A stretch of DNA of 64,000 bases from Candidatus Hydrogenedentota bacterium (GCA_034669905.1 JAXMOL010000003.1:185613-249612); one strand, 5' to 3'; shown: positions 16,057 to 26,598, counted from the stretch's first letter. Numbers and translations are program-made. Notes: generated from the letters alone by a model not told the origin.

Positions 16057-16258
16057 CTCGTTACGCCGGTCCTCCGGTGTGACGCACTACCCTTCCGGTC
16101 CCCCGGAAGCAAGGGGCCCGTCAAGCCAACACGTCCGCTCTGCGCCCTTCGGTATCTCCACATCGTGGCTTTCGCCTCCGGCGTGTCGCCGCCCGCCTAC
16201 GGCGCGTCTACGACTTGCGGCAAGGCAGGCACTCCCACGGAGGACCGTGTGAACGAGA
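16057..16258. repeat. REP doublet, CTCGTT..GGTCCTCC family, nested between copies A and B
   Basis: ctcgttacgccggtcctccggtgtgacgc ... gcactcccacggaggaccgtgtgaacgag; an inverted homologue lies at 28246-28425. Confidence 0.8.
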
Positions 16259-16263
16259 AATGT

Positions 16264-16295
16264 TTTTCCGTGTAATTCCGTGTCTTCCGTGGTAG
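16264..16295 (-). repeat. (CACGGAA)x3 repeat, copy B
   Basis: ttttccgtgtaattccgtgtcttccgtggtag. Confidence 0.9.
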
Positions 16296-16383
16296 AGAAT
16301 GTTTTATGCAGTCATGAAATAGTCTATCAACAATCAACGGGAGGTTGCGGCAGTTCGGGCAACACAACAGGAGGGCGTTTGTG

Positions 16384-16761
16384 ATGGAAACACTGTTGTA
16401 TGGGGAAGAGACCTACGCGATTCGAGGGGCCTGTTTTGAAGTCTATAAGGAAGAGGGCTCGGGGTATCTGGAAGGGGTTTACCAGGAATGCCTCGAAATA
16501 GAATTCGAACTGCAGGGCATTCCTTTTGTGTCCCAGCCGGATTTGCAGCTCCACTACAAGGGCCGGGCACTCCAGAAAAAGTACATTCCGGATTTTGTGC
16601 TCCACGATAAGATCATCGTCGAATTGAAAGCGGTGAGTCATGTGACGGATCAGCACAAGGCCCAGGTGCTGCACTATCTGAAGGCGACGGGTTATCGGGT
16701 GGGGCTGCTCGTCAATTTCGGACACCATCCCAAGGTCGAAATAGAGCGCTTCGCGCTGTAG
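16384..16761 (+). CDS. GxxExxY protein (PD-(D/E)xK nuclease-like)
   Basis: GSGYLEGVYQECL (GxxExxY), PDFVLHDKIIVELK, QVLHYL, GLLVNFG. AGGAGG RBS. Confidence 0.93.
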   Translation: METLLYGEETYAIRGACFEVYKEEGSGYLEGVYQECLEIEFELQGIPFVSQPDLQLHYKGRALQKKYIPDFVLHDKIIVELKAVSHVTDQHKAQVLHYLKATGYRVGLLVNFGHHPKVEIERFAL

Positions 16762-16765
16762 AGAT

Positions 16766-16797
16766 CTACCACGGAAGGCACGGAAATTCACGGAAAG
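16766..16797 (+). repeat. (CACGGAA)x3 repeat, copy C
   Basis: ctaccacggaaggcacggaaattcacggaaag, 4 nt after the GxxExxY stop. Confidence 0.9.
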
Positions 16798-16945
16798 GGG
16801 AACAAGCGCGTGGACGGATGCTGTCTTTCGTATCCGAAAGTGGGCTGATGGACACCCGATCCCGGTTTAAAATGGGGCCTTCACCTTAAAGAGTTTTCCG
16901 CCATCCTGAATCGTTAGAATGGTGCAAAAGGGAAGAGAAGAATTC

Positions 16946-16977
16946 TTTTCCGTGTAACTCCGTGTCTTCCGTGGTAG
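16946..16977 (-). repeat. (CACGGAA)x3 repeat, copy D
   Basis: ttttccgtgtaactccgtgtcttccgtggtag. Confidence 0.9.
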
Positions 16978-16986
16978 TAATTATCT

Positions 16987-17997
16987 TTACCCGACGCGCT
17001 TAAAGCCCCCGTCGCTCACTTCCACCGTAATCGCTGCCGGAACATCAATCCCCACCAGGGCAGCCGGTCGTGTCGATGCCATGGTCCAGGCTTCGTCGAA
17101 GTCCGCATCGGTGTGCTGGGTGGTGTAGATGACCCCCATGTCCATCGTCAACGCCGAGCCCGCGAGACCGGCATGGCCCACCTTCGTGCAACGCAGCGTT
17201 TCCGACACTTCCACTTCAAAATCGCCCAGGGTGTAACGTCCCGGACCGCAGTCCGCCGCGTTGATGGCATCCGAGACGAGCACGGTCTTCTCAAAGCGCT
17301 TGGCGCGAATGAAATTCTTCAGCGTGTAAAAAGGCACATGGTGTCCATCGGCAATAAAGCTCGCGTAGAGGCCGTCTTCCGAAAGCTGGGCCTGGATGTA
17401 GTTGTCCATGCGCGGCAGGGTCTGGTGCGAGCCATTGCCCAGGTGGGTGGACATCTTGAGGCCCGCTTCCACGCCCGCGCGGATGTCGGCTGCCGTGGCG
17501 TTGGTGTGGCCGGCCGATGCTACGATGTCGTTCTCCGTGCACCAGGCAATGAGTTCCAGGGCACCGGGGAGTTCGGGTGCCAGGGTGACAATGCCTAGAC
17601 GTCCGCCGGAGGCTTCCTGGAGGCGCTTCATGAGCTCGGGCTGGTCTGCCGGGTTGCACGCGTGCTCCAGCGGGTGGGCACCACGGGGTCCTTCGACGGA
17701 AGAAATAAAGGGCCCTTCGACGTGGAGCTTGGGGAAGGCGGCGGCGAGTTCGGCGTCGCTCTCCACAAGTTTCGCGTAGGCGCGGCAATTGGCTTCCAGC
17801 CGTTCCGGCGACGCGGTGATATAAGTCGGCAGAGAAACCATGACACCCCGGGCCGCCATCTTTTCGCGGACCCTATGGAAGGTTTCGGCGTTGAAGACAT
17901 CGTCGGAGCCATTGAAATCGATGCCCGCGTAGCCGTTTACCTGGAGGTCAACGAGGCCGGGGCCGGTGTAGGTGGTGGGGAGGGAAGAAGCAGTCAC
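16987..17997 (-). CDS. nagA: N-acetylglucosamine-6-phosphate deacetylase
   Basis: PGLVDLQVNG, HVEGPFIS, TLAPE, GHT, THLGN, IADGHH, LVSD, LAGS motifs. GTG start chosen for the AGGA RBS (track start 18039). Confidence 0.88.
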   Translation of the reverse strand: MTASSLPTTYTGPGLVDLQVNGYAGIDFNGSDDVFNAETFHRVREKMAARGVMVSLPTYITASPERLEANCRAYAKLVESDAELAAAFPKLHVEGPFISSVEGPRGAHPLEHACNPADQPELMKRLQEASGGRLGIVTLAPELPGALELIAWCTENDIVASAGHTNATAADIRAGVEAGLKMSTHLGNGSHQTLPRMDNYIQAQLSEDGLYASFIADGHHVPFYTLKNFIRAKRFEKTVLVSDAINAADCGPGRYTLGDFEVEVSETLRCTKVGHAGLAGSALTMDMGVIYTTQHTDADFDEAWTMASTRPAALVGIDVPAAITVEVSDGGFKRVG

Positions 17998-18080
17998 AAC
18001 GCGTATCCTGGAAGGTTTTGATTTACTGATTTGACGCAACGATTAGGGGATTCATCGGGCTTACGTAGGGAATCCTACGA

Positions 18081-18162
18081 TTCCCCTCCCGGGAGGGGTT
18101 AGGGGTGGGTTTGCGCCGGTCTTCGCGACGTGACCCACCCCCAGCCCCTCCAAGGAGGGGAG
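18081..18162. repeat. REP doublet, CCCCTCCC..GGAGGGG family
   Basis: ttcccctcccgggaggggttaggggtgggt ... acccacccccagcccctccaaggaggggag. Confidence 0.8.
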
Positions 18163-18276
18163 TATTCATGGAAAAGGCCAGGCATTCCGGGTAGCGCTAT
18201 CGCTGCCGATAGAGCAACGCGGTCCTGGTTGACCGCTTACCGAAATGTCCGACCTTCCCGCATTTACCTGAACTAC

Positions 18277-19548
18277 TCAGGAGCCCGTCACCACGGCCCG
18301 CTCTCTGTCCCACGCCATCATCTTTTTGTGGAACCAGGAGAGGTTGGCCATACGCACAGCGGTCACGCCGTAGAGGCCGATTTCCGCGGAGCAATTGAGC
18401 GCTGCACCGTCGCGAATGGCCGCGTGGTGGTTGCGGTGGTGGGGGTCGAGATCTTCCGCACCGGTTTTCTTATGGGTCTCAATGATGGCGCTCTTGTCGG
18501 CCTTGAGGTCGCTCTTGATTTCCCAGCCTTTGCTGGTGAACTTCAGGGTGGCGTCCGTGCCGCGAATGCAGTGGTCATTGCCATCGTCATTCGCCATCGT
18601 GCCAAGCACGTGGACCGTCATGCCGTTGGTGATGCCTTCTTTGGCGGGGTATTCGGCCATCATCTCGAAACTGTCGGGAAGGTCCCGGCCATCGTCCCAG
18701 GTGTAGATGCCGCCCATGCCGACCACGCGGTCGGGCAATTCGAGTCCACAGGCCTTGATGAGGCGGGTCAGGCGGTGGATGAAGAGGTCGGTGGCCACCC
18801 CACCGGAATAATCGCGGAAGCAGCGCCACTCGTAATAGCGGCTGGGATCCCACTCATGGATGGGCGCGGGTTTCTGCCACGCGTCCCAATCGAGGTCGGC
18901 AGGCTTGGGCGCGTTTGGATCACCGCCACGACGCCAGGGACCCTTGCCTTCGTAGTTGCGCACATAGTCGATCTGGGCGTGGACCAGCTTACCGAGCTTG
19001 CCCGCCTTGATGGCTTCATAGGCGCTGGAGTAGCTGTCGTCCGCCGTGCCCTGCACACCCACCTGAAGCTTCAAACCCGTCTGCTTCACTTTTTCCACAA
19101 CTGCCTGGGCTTCTTTGATGTCGTGGGTCATGGGCTTTTCGACGTAGACATGCTTACCCGCGTCGAGGGCATCCAGCGTGATGTAGGCGTGGGAATGCTC
19201 CGGCGTGGCAATCAGCACATAGTCGATGTCTTCCCGCGCCAGGATGTCCTGGTAGCTGTTGTGCAGGGTGGCATCGCCACCGGCTTCCTTGATCTTATCC
19301 TGGAAGCCCTGGGCCCGCTTGGTGTAGACGTCATTGACCGCCACCAGATCGACGTTTTCGCTGTCCTTAATTTTGAGCATGGTCTTGAGGTGACCACCCG
19401 CCATACCGCCACAGCCGATGAAGCCCATGCGCAGGCGGTTGTTGGCACCGGATACCTGGGCGTAGCTCTTGGCCGTCATGGCCATGGCCCCGGCAGCCGT
19501 ACCGGTCTGGATGAAGGTACGGCGGTTGATTGGAGATTTGGAGGACAT
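18277..19548 (-). CDS. Gfo/Idh/MocA family oxidoreductase, Tat-exported
   Basis: NRRTFI Tat motif, GFIGCGGM, IATPEHSH, GKHVYVEKP. Confidence 0.92.
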   Translation of the reverse strand: MSSKSPINRRTFIQTGTAAGAMAMTAKSYAQVSGANNRLRMGFIGCGGMAGGHLKTMLKIKDSENVDLVAVNDVYTKRAQGFQDKIKEAGGDATLHNSYQDILAREDIDYVLIATPEHSHAYITLDALDAGKHVYVEKPMTHDIKEAQAVVEKVKQTGLKLQVGVQGTADDSYSSAYEAIKAGKLGKLVHAQIDYVRNYEGKGPWRRGGDPNAPKPADLDWDAWQKPAPIHEWDPSRYYEWRCFRDYSGGVATDLFIHRLTRLIKACGLELPDRVVGMGGIYTWDDGRDLPDSFEMMAEYPAKEGITNGMTVHVLGTMANDDGNDHCIRGTDATLKFTSKGWEIKSDLKADKSAIIETHKKTGAEDLDPHHRNHHAAIRDGAALNCSAEIGLYGVTAVRMANLSWFHKKMMAWDRERAVVTGS

Positions 19549-19747
19549 CTATAGGGGATCCTTTCGAAAGGGGAGGGTTAACGTGATGTACACATTCGCT
19601 GCATAGGATAGGGTGGAAGGCGTCCGGGTTACAAGTCCGGTGCCGGTGCCCGCGGTGCGCGGGGGAGGATGGCCCCTCGCAATCGGTGGCGAAGTATGGT
19701 AGGCTTTACACGGTGAATCGTGGTACCTTAGTATTCAGGAGTGGATT

Positions 19748-20806
19748 ATGAATGTATTCGGTAGGACGCTGGTGGCGCTGCTGTGCGGGCTTGCGCCCCT
19801 GGTGAGCGCGGCACCCTTCTACGCCGATAAAGTCCATCTCCTGACCTACCAGAATGCCGCAGGTGAGTCCGTTCCCGTGAAGACGGCCGACGATTGGGCG
19901 ATTCGTCGCGCCCACATCCTCGAAAACATGCAGGCCGTCATGGGCCCCTTCCCGAGCCACCCCCGGGGCGACCTGGACATCCAGGTACTCGCTGAGACGG
20001 TTTTCCCCACCTATACCCGCAAGCAGATTAGCTTCCTCAGCGAACCCGGCGATCGGGTTTCCGCCTACCTCTGCATTCCCCATCACATCACCGGGAAAAC
20101 GGCCGGTATCGTGGCCCTTCATCAGACCTACGCCAAGGGGAAGGATGAAGTGGTAGGGCGCAACGGCTCCAACAACCTCCGCTATGGACACGAACTTGCC
20201 GAGCGGGGCTATGTGGTCATTGCCCCCGATTATCCCCGCTTTGGTGGCTATGACATCGACGTCTACGCCATGGGCTATAAGAGCGCGACCATGAAGGGGA
20301 TCTGGAACCACATGCGTTGCGTGGATTTGCTCCAGTCCCTGCCCGAAGTCGACCCGGAACGTATTGGCGCGATTGGCCACTCGCTGGGCGGCCACAATAC
20401 GCTCTTTGTCGGTGCCATTGATACGCGCATCAAGGCCCTCGTGACGAGTTGCGGTTTTACCCGCTTTCCTCGCTACTACGAAGGGGACGTGACCGGGTGG
20501 ACCCACAAAGGCTACATGCCCGCCATCGCCACGGAATACGACAAAGACCCGGCGAAGATGCCCTTTGACTTTACCGAGATACTCGGTGCTTTGGCGCCCC
20601 GGGCCCTCTTTATCAACGCCCCCCTGAGCGACAGCAATTTTGACGTGACGGGTGTGCGGGAATGCGTGGCGTCGGCCCTGCCCGTCTACGCCCTCTATGG
20701 CGCAACGGCCCAGGTGGAAGCGGCCTGTCCCGAAAGCACCCACGATTTTCCACCCGCACAGCGTAGTGCGGCCTACGCCATGCTGGATCGGACCCTGCGC
20801 CCTTAA
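19748..20806 (+). CDS. secreted alpha/beta hydrolase (dienelactone hydrolase / esterase-like)
   Basis: Signal peptide, GHSLGG nucleophile elbow, LAPRAL, C-terminal HDF. Confidence 0.88.
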   Translation: MNVFGRTLVALLCGLAPLVSAAPFYADKVHLLTYQNAAGESVPVKTADDWAIRRAHILENMQAVMGPFPSHPRGDLDIQVLAETVFPTYTRKQISFLSEPGDRVSAYLCIPHHITGKTAGIVALHQTYAKGKDEVVGRNGSNNLRYGHELAERGYVVIAPDYPRFGGYDIDVYAMGYKSATMKGIWNHMRCVDLLQSLPEVDPERIGAIGHSLGGHNTLFVGAIDTRIKALVTSCGFTRFPRYYEGDVTGWTHKGYMPAIATEYDKDPAKMPFDFTEILGALAPRALFINAPLSDSNFDVTGVRECVASALPVYALYGATAQVEAACPESTHDFPPAQRSAAYAMLDRTLRP

Positions 20807-20870
20807 CCCTGCTTTTTACGTGCCGTCATGTTCGACGCGTTGGGAACTGCGACCCATGTCGCACGTAATC

Positions 20871-20906
20871 AAAAGCCGCCCGCTGCACGATTGTGCAGCG
20901 GGCGGT
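20871..20906. terminator. terminator-like hairpin
   Basis: aaaag-ccgcccgctgcac-gatt-gtgcagcgggcgg. Confidence 0.6.
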
Positions 20907-20941
20907 ACTTCATTACGCGAAGTTTCGCGGCTATTCCAGGG

Positions 20942-21238
20942 ATGGGGCGGGCTTACAGCCCTTTACCCTATGACGTATCGCGATACCCAGGCCTTCCGCC
21001 TGGGCTGGTATGGTACGCGCCGTTGGCGCTCATGCCGTCAACTTCAACGGCTCCTCGGCCCTCTAAGAGGCCAACGGCCTGGTGACATACCCGCATGGGC
21101 CATCGGTCCATGCTCACGGTCTGTTAGCGTGCTCCGGCTTCCTTCCTGAAGGCCAACGGCCTGGTAACATACCAGCATGGGCCAACGGCCCATGAACCGA
21201 GCAGATTCCAGCGCACAAGGGCTGAAAGTCCGCTCCAT
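20942..21238. repeat. composite REP element, GGGCTGAAAGCCC / CCAACGGCC family, with an extra internal unit
   Basis: atggggcgggcttacagccct ... agggctgaaagtccgctccat; aggccaacggcctggt(g/a)acatacc occurs twice internally. Confidence 0.85.
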
Positions 21239-21240
21239 AA

Positions 21241-22083
21241 TTAGCTATTCCATTTGTCCTTGATCAGCTTCAGCCCATTCACCGCGAGGTATTCTTCGCT
21301 GGGGGCCATGGTGCGCCAGATGCAGGTGGCACCGGCCAGATCGGGAATCCAGGAGCCAAAGGCTTCGATGACCATCCAGCCGTCGTAGCCGATTTCTTTG
21401 AGGGCCTTGAACGAGGTGTCGTAGTCGATGTGGTCGTCGCCGGGCGTGGAGCGGTCGTTGGCCGAGATGTGCACGTGATTGATGCAGTCGCCTCCGGCCT
21501 TCACGGCTTCGGCGAGTCCCTTTTCTTCGATGTTGGCGTGGAAGGTATCAAACATTTCCCCCACCGCAGGCACGTCGATGGCCTTTACCAGCTTGGCCGC
21601 ATCGACCTGGGTATTGAGGAAATAGGTTTCGAAGCGGTTCAGGGGCTCAATTGAGAGGGCCACGCCCTTCTCGGTGGCATAGGCGCCCACTTCCTTGAAC
21701 CCGGCCACGGCCCGGTCAAATTCTTCCGGCACGGGACCCCGACCAACCAGTCGGCCCACGGGGCTGTAGAGGGGCCCGAGGAGGGTTTCGGAACCCAATA
21801 CGACGCAGGTGTCAATACAGGCTTTCAGGTGGTCTACCGCGGCCTGACGCTCACCGGCTTCTTCCCCGATGAGGTTGGCCCCTTCGGGCATGACCGTCAC
21901 CGCAGTACGGCCCAGGCCGAGTTCGTCGCACTTGGCGGCCAGGCTTTCCCAGGGCGAGCCCTTGGGGTCAAACATGGGGAACTCGACCCCGTCGAAGCCC
22001 CAGCCCTTAATATCTTCCAACAGACCGAGGTGGCTTTCGTCGGCACTACCGGTCCACAGCAATAAATTCATCCCAACTTTCAC
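21241..22083 (-). CDS. sugar phosphate isomerase/epimerase (D-psicose/tagatose 3-epimerase-like)
   Basis: GFDGVE, IEPLNRFETYFLN, DTFHANIEE, HVHISANDRSTPG, MVIEAF. Confidence 0.9.
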   Translation of the reverse strand: MKVGMNLLLWTGSADESHLGLLEDIKGWGFDGVEFPMFDPKGSPWESLAAKCDELGLGRTAVTVMPEGANLIGEEAGERQAAVDHLKACIDTCVVLGSETLLGPLYSPVGRLVGRGPVPEEFDRAVAGFKEVGAYATEKGVALSIEPLNRFETYFLNTQVDAAKLVKAIDVPAVGEMFDTFHANIEEKGLAEAVKAGGDCINHVHISANDRSTPGDDHIDYDTSFKALKEIGYDGWMVIEAFGSWIPDLAGATCIWRTMAPSEEYLAVNGLKLIKDKWNS

Positions 22084-22293
22084 GGGGTCTCTCCTTTTGA
22101 CTTTGGGCGGTGGTCTCCACCGCCCTTGCTCATTCGATCAAAGGTTCGCACCAGGCATCACTATTTGCGTACCCGGCTTGCAATACGAGAGGGTACCATA
22201 GCATTGTTTCAGGTTCATCATCGATTGTACATTGAAAGTCGCGGCGTATTGAAACGACACAGGCGGGATTCCCTGCGGAGGATTGACGACGAA

Positions 22294-22935
22294 ATGGACT
22301 ATGACGCACTGAAGTGTAATTTAAAGGCCATTGCAACTTTCCTGGATGACGCCAGCCTGTTGACGTCGGTGGAGGGGTATCTGCTTGAAATACAGGGCTA
22401 CACCCTGACGAAGATGGCGAGTGACGGTCCCGGAGTGGGTGCCATCGTCGAAATCGGTAGTTTCAAGGGAAGATCGACGTGCTACCTCGCCCTGGGAAGT
22501 AAACGGACCAATCGGGAGCCGGTGTACGCCATTGACCATTTCGAGGGGTCGCCAGAGCACCAGGAGGGCGCCAAATGTGCGACGAAAGAGATCGAGACGG
22601 AGGGAACGACGTTCAACGTGTTTAAACGGAATATCGAAGCACAGGGGCTCTCGGACTACGTGCGCCCGATTGTGGCGAGTTCCCGCGAGGCGTCGGCGAC
22701 GTGGGACCAGCCCATTCGACTCCTGTTTATTGATGGGGACCATTCCTACGAGGCGTCCAGGGAAGACTTTGAATGCTGGGAGCCTTTTGTGGTCGCGGGA
22801 GGGCTGATTGCCTTCCACGATATTGGTCGTGGGCCCGGTGTTACGGAATTCTATAATGAGTTGGTGACTGGGTCTTCGGCCTTTACCCAGGTGCTTGGGG
22901 TGCTCGGTCTCAACGTGTTGCGGAAGGCCGGTTGA
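22294..22935 (+). CDS. class I SAM-dependent methyltransferase (Methyltransf_24-like)
   Basis: VEIGSFKGRST, AIDHF, LLFIDGDHSYE, IAFHD. GGAGG upstream. Confidence 0.9.
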   Translation: MDYDALKCNLKAIATFLDDASLLTSVEGYLLEIQGYTLTKMASDGPGVGAIVEIGSFKGRSTCYLALGSKRTNREPVYAIDHFEGSPEHQEGAKCATKEIETEGTTFNVFKRNIEAQGLSDYVRPIVASSREASATWDQPIRLLFIDGDHSYEASREDFECWEPFVVAGGLIAFHDIGRGPGVTEFYNELVTGSSAFTQVLGVLGLNVLRKAG

Positions 22936-23202
22936 GCGGGGCGTTGGAACCCCGTGGACAGATGCTTTTAACCGGTATATATGGTAGACTTCGACGCAGA
23001 ACGACGTCGGGGCACCCCACCCTTGTGCAGGCTGGCGGTGAAAACGTTGTGGATGCGCGGACCATCCCTATTCAGGTGTCTCAGCGATGGCCGGGGCTCT
23101 AAGTGCTTTTGTTCCAAACGGTTAAAAGTTTCCTTGGTGAGCTTGAAACTTTTTTGGAACGTCGGGGATACTAAATAACATAACGTAGGAGTAGTATCTC
23201 GC

Positions 23203-26200
23203 ATGTTTTTGAATCCTTCCAGACGATTCGGTGGCCTTGTCGTGGCCGGTGGATTGAGCCTGCTGTCCTGGTCGCCTGTCGCCTCCGCAGAAGGCCCCAC
23301 GCCCGAGGCCCTCGACTACTTTGAAACCCATGTGCGCCCGGTGTTGGCGAGCCGCTGTTACCAGTGTCACGGCCCCGAGAAGCAGAAAACAGGGCTCCGT
23401 CTTGATTCCCGGGCGGCCATGCTGCAGGGGGGCGAAGGCGGTCCGGTATTGCGCGAGGGCGATCAGGCCCTCCAAAGCCGCATTCTGGGCGTCATCGGCT
23501 ATGCCCAGCACACCAAGATGCCGCCCGACGCCAAGTTGCCCCAGGAGCAGATCGATGCCCTCACCGAATGGGTAAAGATGGGGGCACCCTGGCCCGAAGG
23601 GGACGCCAACCTGGCCACCACCGCCGCGACACCTTGGGAAGAGCGGGTCGCCGGTGCGAAAGCCACCCACTGGGCTTTCCAGAAAGTCGCCAATCCCGAT
23701 GTGCCCGCGGTAGAGACGCCGTCCCCCATCGATGCCTTTGTACAGGCCAAACTCGCGACTGCCGAACTGGCCCCCTCACCCAAAGCCGACAAGCGCACCC
23801 TCATTCGCCGGGCCTATATGGACCTCACCGGGCTGGCCCCGACGATGGCCGAGGTGCAGGCCTTCGAAGCGGATACCAGCGCCGATGCCTTCGACAGGGT
23901 GATTGAGCATCTGCTGGCATCGCCCCACTACGGCGAGCGCTGGGGCCGCCACTGGCTCGACGTGGCGCGCTACGCCGATACCAAGGGCTATGTGTTCCAG
24001 CAGGAGCGCAACTTTGGTTTTTCCCACACCTACCGCGACTACGTGGTGCGCGCCTTTAACGAAGACCTGCCCTACGACACCTTTCTGAAACACCAGCTGG
24101 CGGCTGACAAAATGGAGCTGGGCGAGGATAAGCGTCCTTTGGCCGCCCTGGGTTACGTGACCCTCGGCCGTCGTTTCGTGGGGAATATCCACGACATTAC
24201 CGATGACCGCATCGACGTGGTCACCCGGGGAATGCAGGGCCTTACCGTGGCCTGCGCCCGGTGCCACGATCACAAGTATGACCCGGTTTCTGCGAAAGAT
24301 TATTACGCCCTCTATGGCGTGTTCCGCAGCAGTGTGGAGCCCGGCGAGTTGCCGCTCATCGAGGACCCCGATCCCAATGACCCGGCGTACCAGGAGTATC
24401 TCGTAGAGCTGGGTAAGAAGCAAGCCGAGCGGGAAGCCTATATCGATAAAATTCAGATTGAGTTGCTGACCCACGTGCGGGACGAAGTCGGCACCTATTT
24501 GAAAGCCGCTGACCTCGCCTGGGATATGGAAGACAAACACCTGAAGGTGGTGGCCAAGGAGCACAAGCTGAAAGGCGACCTGCTCATCCGCTGGCGCAAT
24601 CATCTGAAGAAGTTGTCCGAGCAACACCACCCCGTGTTGGCCCCGTGGTTCACCTACCGCGCCGTGCCCGACGAAGAATTCGAAGCAAAGACGGGCCCAC
24701 TGGCGAAAGAAATCGCCGGGAAGAAACTGGGTGGCCAGGCCATCAACCCCCGTATCGCCCAACGCTTCGAAGGCGATGCCCCCAAGACCATGGATGAGGT
24801 CACCGCGCGTATCACGGCAGCCATCCGCGAGGCCGACAAAGCCTGGACCGATACCCTCGCCTCCCACGCGCAGATGGCGACCCGTCAGCCGGACAATCCG
24901 CCGACGGTGCCTACGGCATTAGAAGACGGCAACCTGGACGAGATTCGGCACCTGCTCTATGGGGCGGATAGCCCGGCCAATATTCCCCGGGGCGATGTGC
25001 GCAAACTCAGCGAAGTGCCGATTCAGAATCAGATGCGCAATCGCGACAATGCCATTGCCCGCGTCGAGAGCACCCATCCGGGACGTCCCAACCGGGCCAT
25101 GGCCCTGGTGGATGCGCCCAAGCCTTTCGACCCCTATGTATTCCGTCGGGGTAAGGCCGGTAACCGGGGCGATAATGTAGAGCGTCGTTTCCTCGATGTG
25201 CTGTCACCCCCCGACGCCGCGCCCTTTGAAGACGGCAGTGGTCGCCTGGAATTGGCCAACGCCATCGCGACCCACGATAATCCCCTCACGGCCCGGGTGA
25301 TGGTGAACCGGGTCTGGTTGCATCATTTCGGCAAGCCCCTCGTTTCCACGCCCAGTGACTTCGGCGTGCGGAGCGATCCCCCGAGTCATCCGGAGCTCCT
25401 GGATTTTCTCGCCAGTGAGTTCATGGCCAGTGGCTGGTCGGTCAAGCACCTCCACCGCATGATCATGCAATCCCACACCTATCAGCAGGATAGTCTCGCC
25501 ACCGGACCCGGTGTTGGGGTCGATCCCGAGAATCAGTTGCTCTGGCGCCAGAATCGTCAGCGCCTGGATTTCGAAGTTATGCGGGACAGCGTCTTGCTGG
25601 CCGCAGGCACCATCGATCTGAGCATGGGCGGCGAAGGCCAGGAAATGACCACGGCGCCCTTCATGACCCGGCGCACCATCTATGGTCGTATCGAGCGTCA
25701 GAATCTGCCGGCCCTTTTCCGCACCTTCGACTTTGCGAGTCCCGACGCCCACACCCCCATGCGTATCAATACGACGGTGCCCCAACAGGCCCTCTTCTTG
25801 ATGAACAGTCCGTTCCTGGCCGAGCAGGCCAAACACCTGGCGGAGCAGGAGTCGGTGGCCCAGAAAGCCACGCCTGAGGAGCGCATCGCCGCCCTCTACC
25901 ACACCGTATTTCAGCGGGAACCCGAAGCCCATGAAATCGAGCTGGGCAAGCGTTTTGTTTCCGAATACGGCGCGGCTCCGCCCGAAGAGTTCGCCAATCC
26001 CCGTTGGCAATATGGCTACGGCGCGGTGGATACGGAAAGCGGGATGCTCCAATCCTTCACGCCCTTGCCCCACTTCACGGGCAGCGTGTGGCAGGGTGGC
26101 CCGGAGATTCCCGACCCCAAGCTGGACTGGGCTTCCTTGCGTTCCCATGGCGGACACCCCGGTGGACCGGGCCTCGCCGTGGTGCGTCGGTGGACGGCAC

Positions 26201-26598
26201 CTTACGACACGGTGCTCTCGCTGGAAGGTGAACTGAAACACAGCTCCGATCAGGGCGATGGCGTTTATGGCTACGTAGTCTCCAGCCAATCGGGCGTCTT
26301 GTGGCAGGGCCATGCCTTCAACAATGGAATCGCCACCAACTTTTCAAACGTGACGGTGAAAGCCGGAGAAACCATCGACCTGGTGGTGGATTGTGGTGCC
26401 AATCAGAGTTTCGATTCCTTCACCTGGCATCCCCGTTTCTTCGTTCCGGAAACGATGGTCGCCCAGGTCCCCGCAGGCAGCGACCTCGAGTGGTTGTCGC
26501 GGGTGGACTTCGCTGGCCCCCCGCCAGCCCCTATGGCACCGTGGAGCAAGTATGCCCAGGTGCTTCTCATGTCCAACGAATTCATGTTTGTGGACTGA
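23203..26598 (+). CDS. planctomycete cytochrome c / DUF1549 / DUF1553 (PSD1) protein
   Basis: [54 protein letters not shown]. Confidence 0.93.
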   Translation: MFLNPSRRFGGLVVAGGLSLLSWSPVASAEGPTPEALDYFETHVRPVLASRCYQCHGPEKQKTGLRLDSRAAMLQGGEGGPVLREGDQALQSRILGVIGYAQHTKMPPDAKLPQEQIDALTEWVKMGAPWPEGDANLATTAATPWEERVAGAKATHWAFQKVANPDVPAVETPSPIDAFVQAKLATAELAPSPKADKRTLIRRAYMDLTGLAPTMAEVQAFEADTSADAFDRVIEHLLASPHYGERWGRHWLDVARYADTKGYVFQQERNFGFSHTYRDYVVRAFNEDLPYDTFLKHQLAADKMELGEDKRPLAALGYVTLGRRFVGNIHDITDDRIDVVTRGMQGLTVACARCHDHKYDPVSAKDYYALYGVFRSSVEPGELPLIEDPDPNDPAYQEYLVELGKKQAEREAYIDKIQIELLTHVRDEVGTYLKAADLAWDMEDKHLKVVAKEHKLKGDLLIRWRNHLKKLSEQHHPVLAPWFTYRAVPDEEFEAKTGPLAKEIAGKKLGGQAINPRIAQRFEGDAPKTMDEVTARITAAIREADKAWTDTLASHAQMATRQPDNPPTVPTALEDGNLDEIRHLLYGADSPANIPRGDVRKLSEVPIQNQMRNRDNAIARVESTHPGRPNRAMALVDAPKPFDPYVFRRGKAGNRGDNVERRFLDVLSPPDAAPFEDGSGRLELANAIATHDNPLTARVMVNRVWLHHFGKPLVSTPSDFGVRSDPPSHPELLDFLASEFMASGWSVKHLHRMIMQSHTYQQDSLATGPGVGVDPENQLLWRQNRQRLDFEVMRDSVLLAAGTIDLSMGGEGQEMTTAPFMTRRTIYGRIERQNLPALFRTFDFASPDAHTPMRINTTVPQQALFLMNSPFLAEQAKHLAEQESVAQKATPEERIAALYHTVFQREPEAHEIELGKRFVSEYGAAPPEEFANPRWQYGYGAVDTESGMLQSFTPLPHFTGSVWQGGPEIPDPKLDWASLRSHGGHPGGPGLAVVRRWTAPYDTVLSLEGELKHSSDQGDGVYGYVVSSQSGVLWQGHAFNNGIATNFSNVTVKAGETIDLVVDCGANQSFDSFTWHPRFFVPETMVAQVPAGSDLEWLSRVDFAGPPPAPMAPWSKYAQVLLMSNEFMFVD

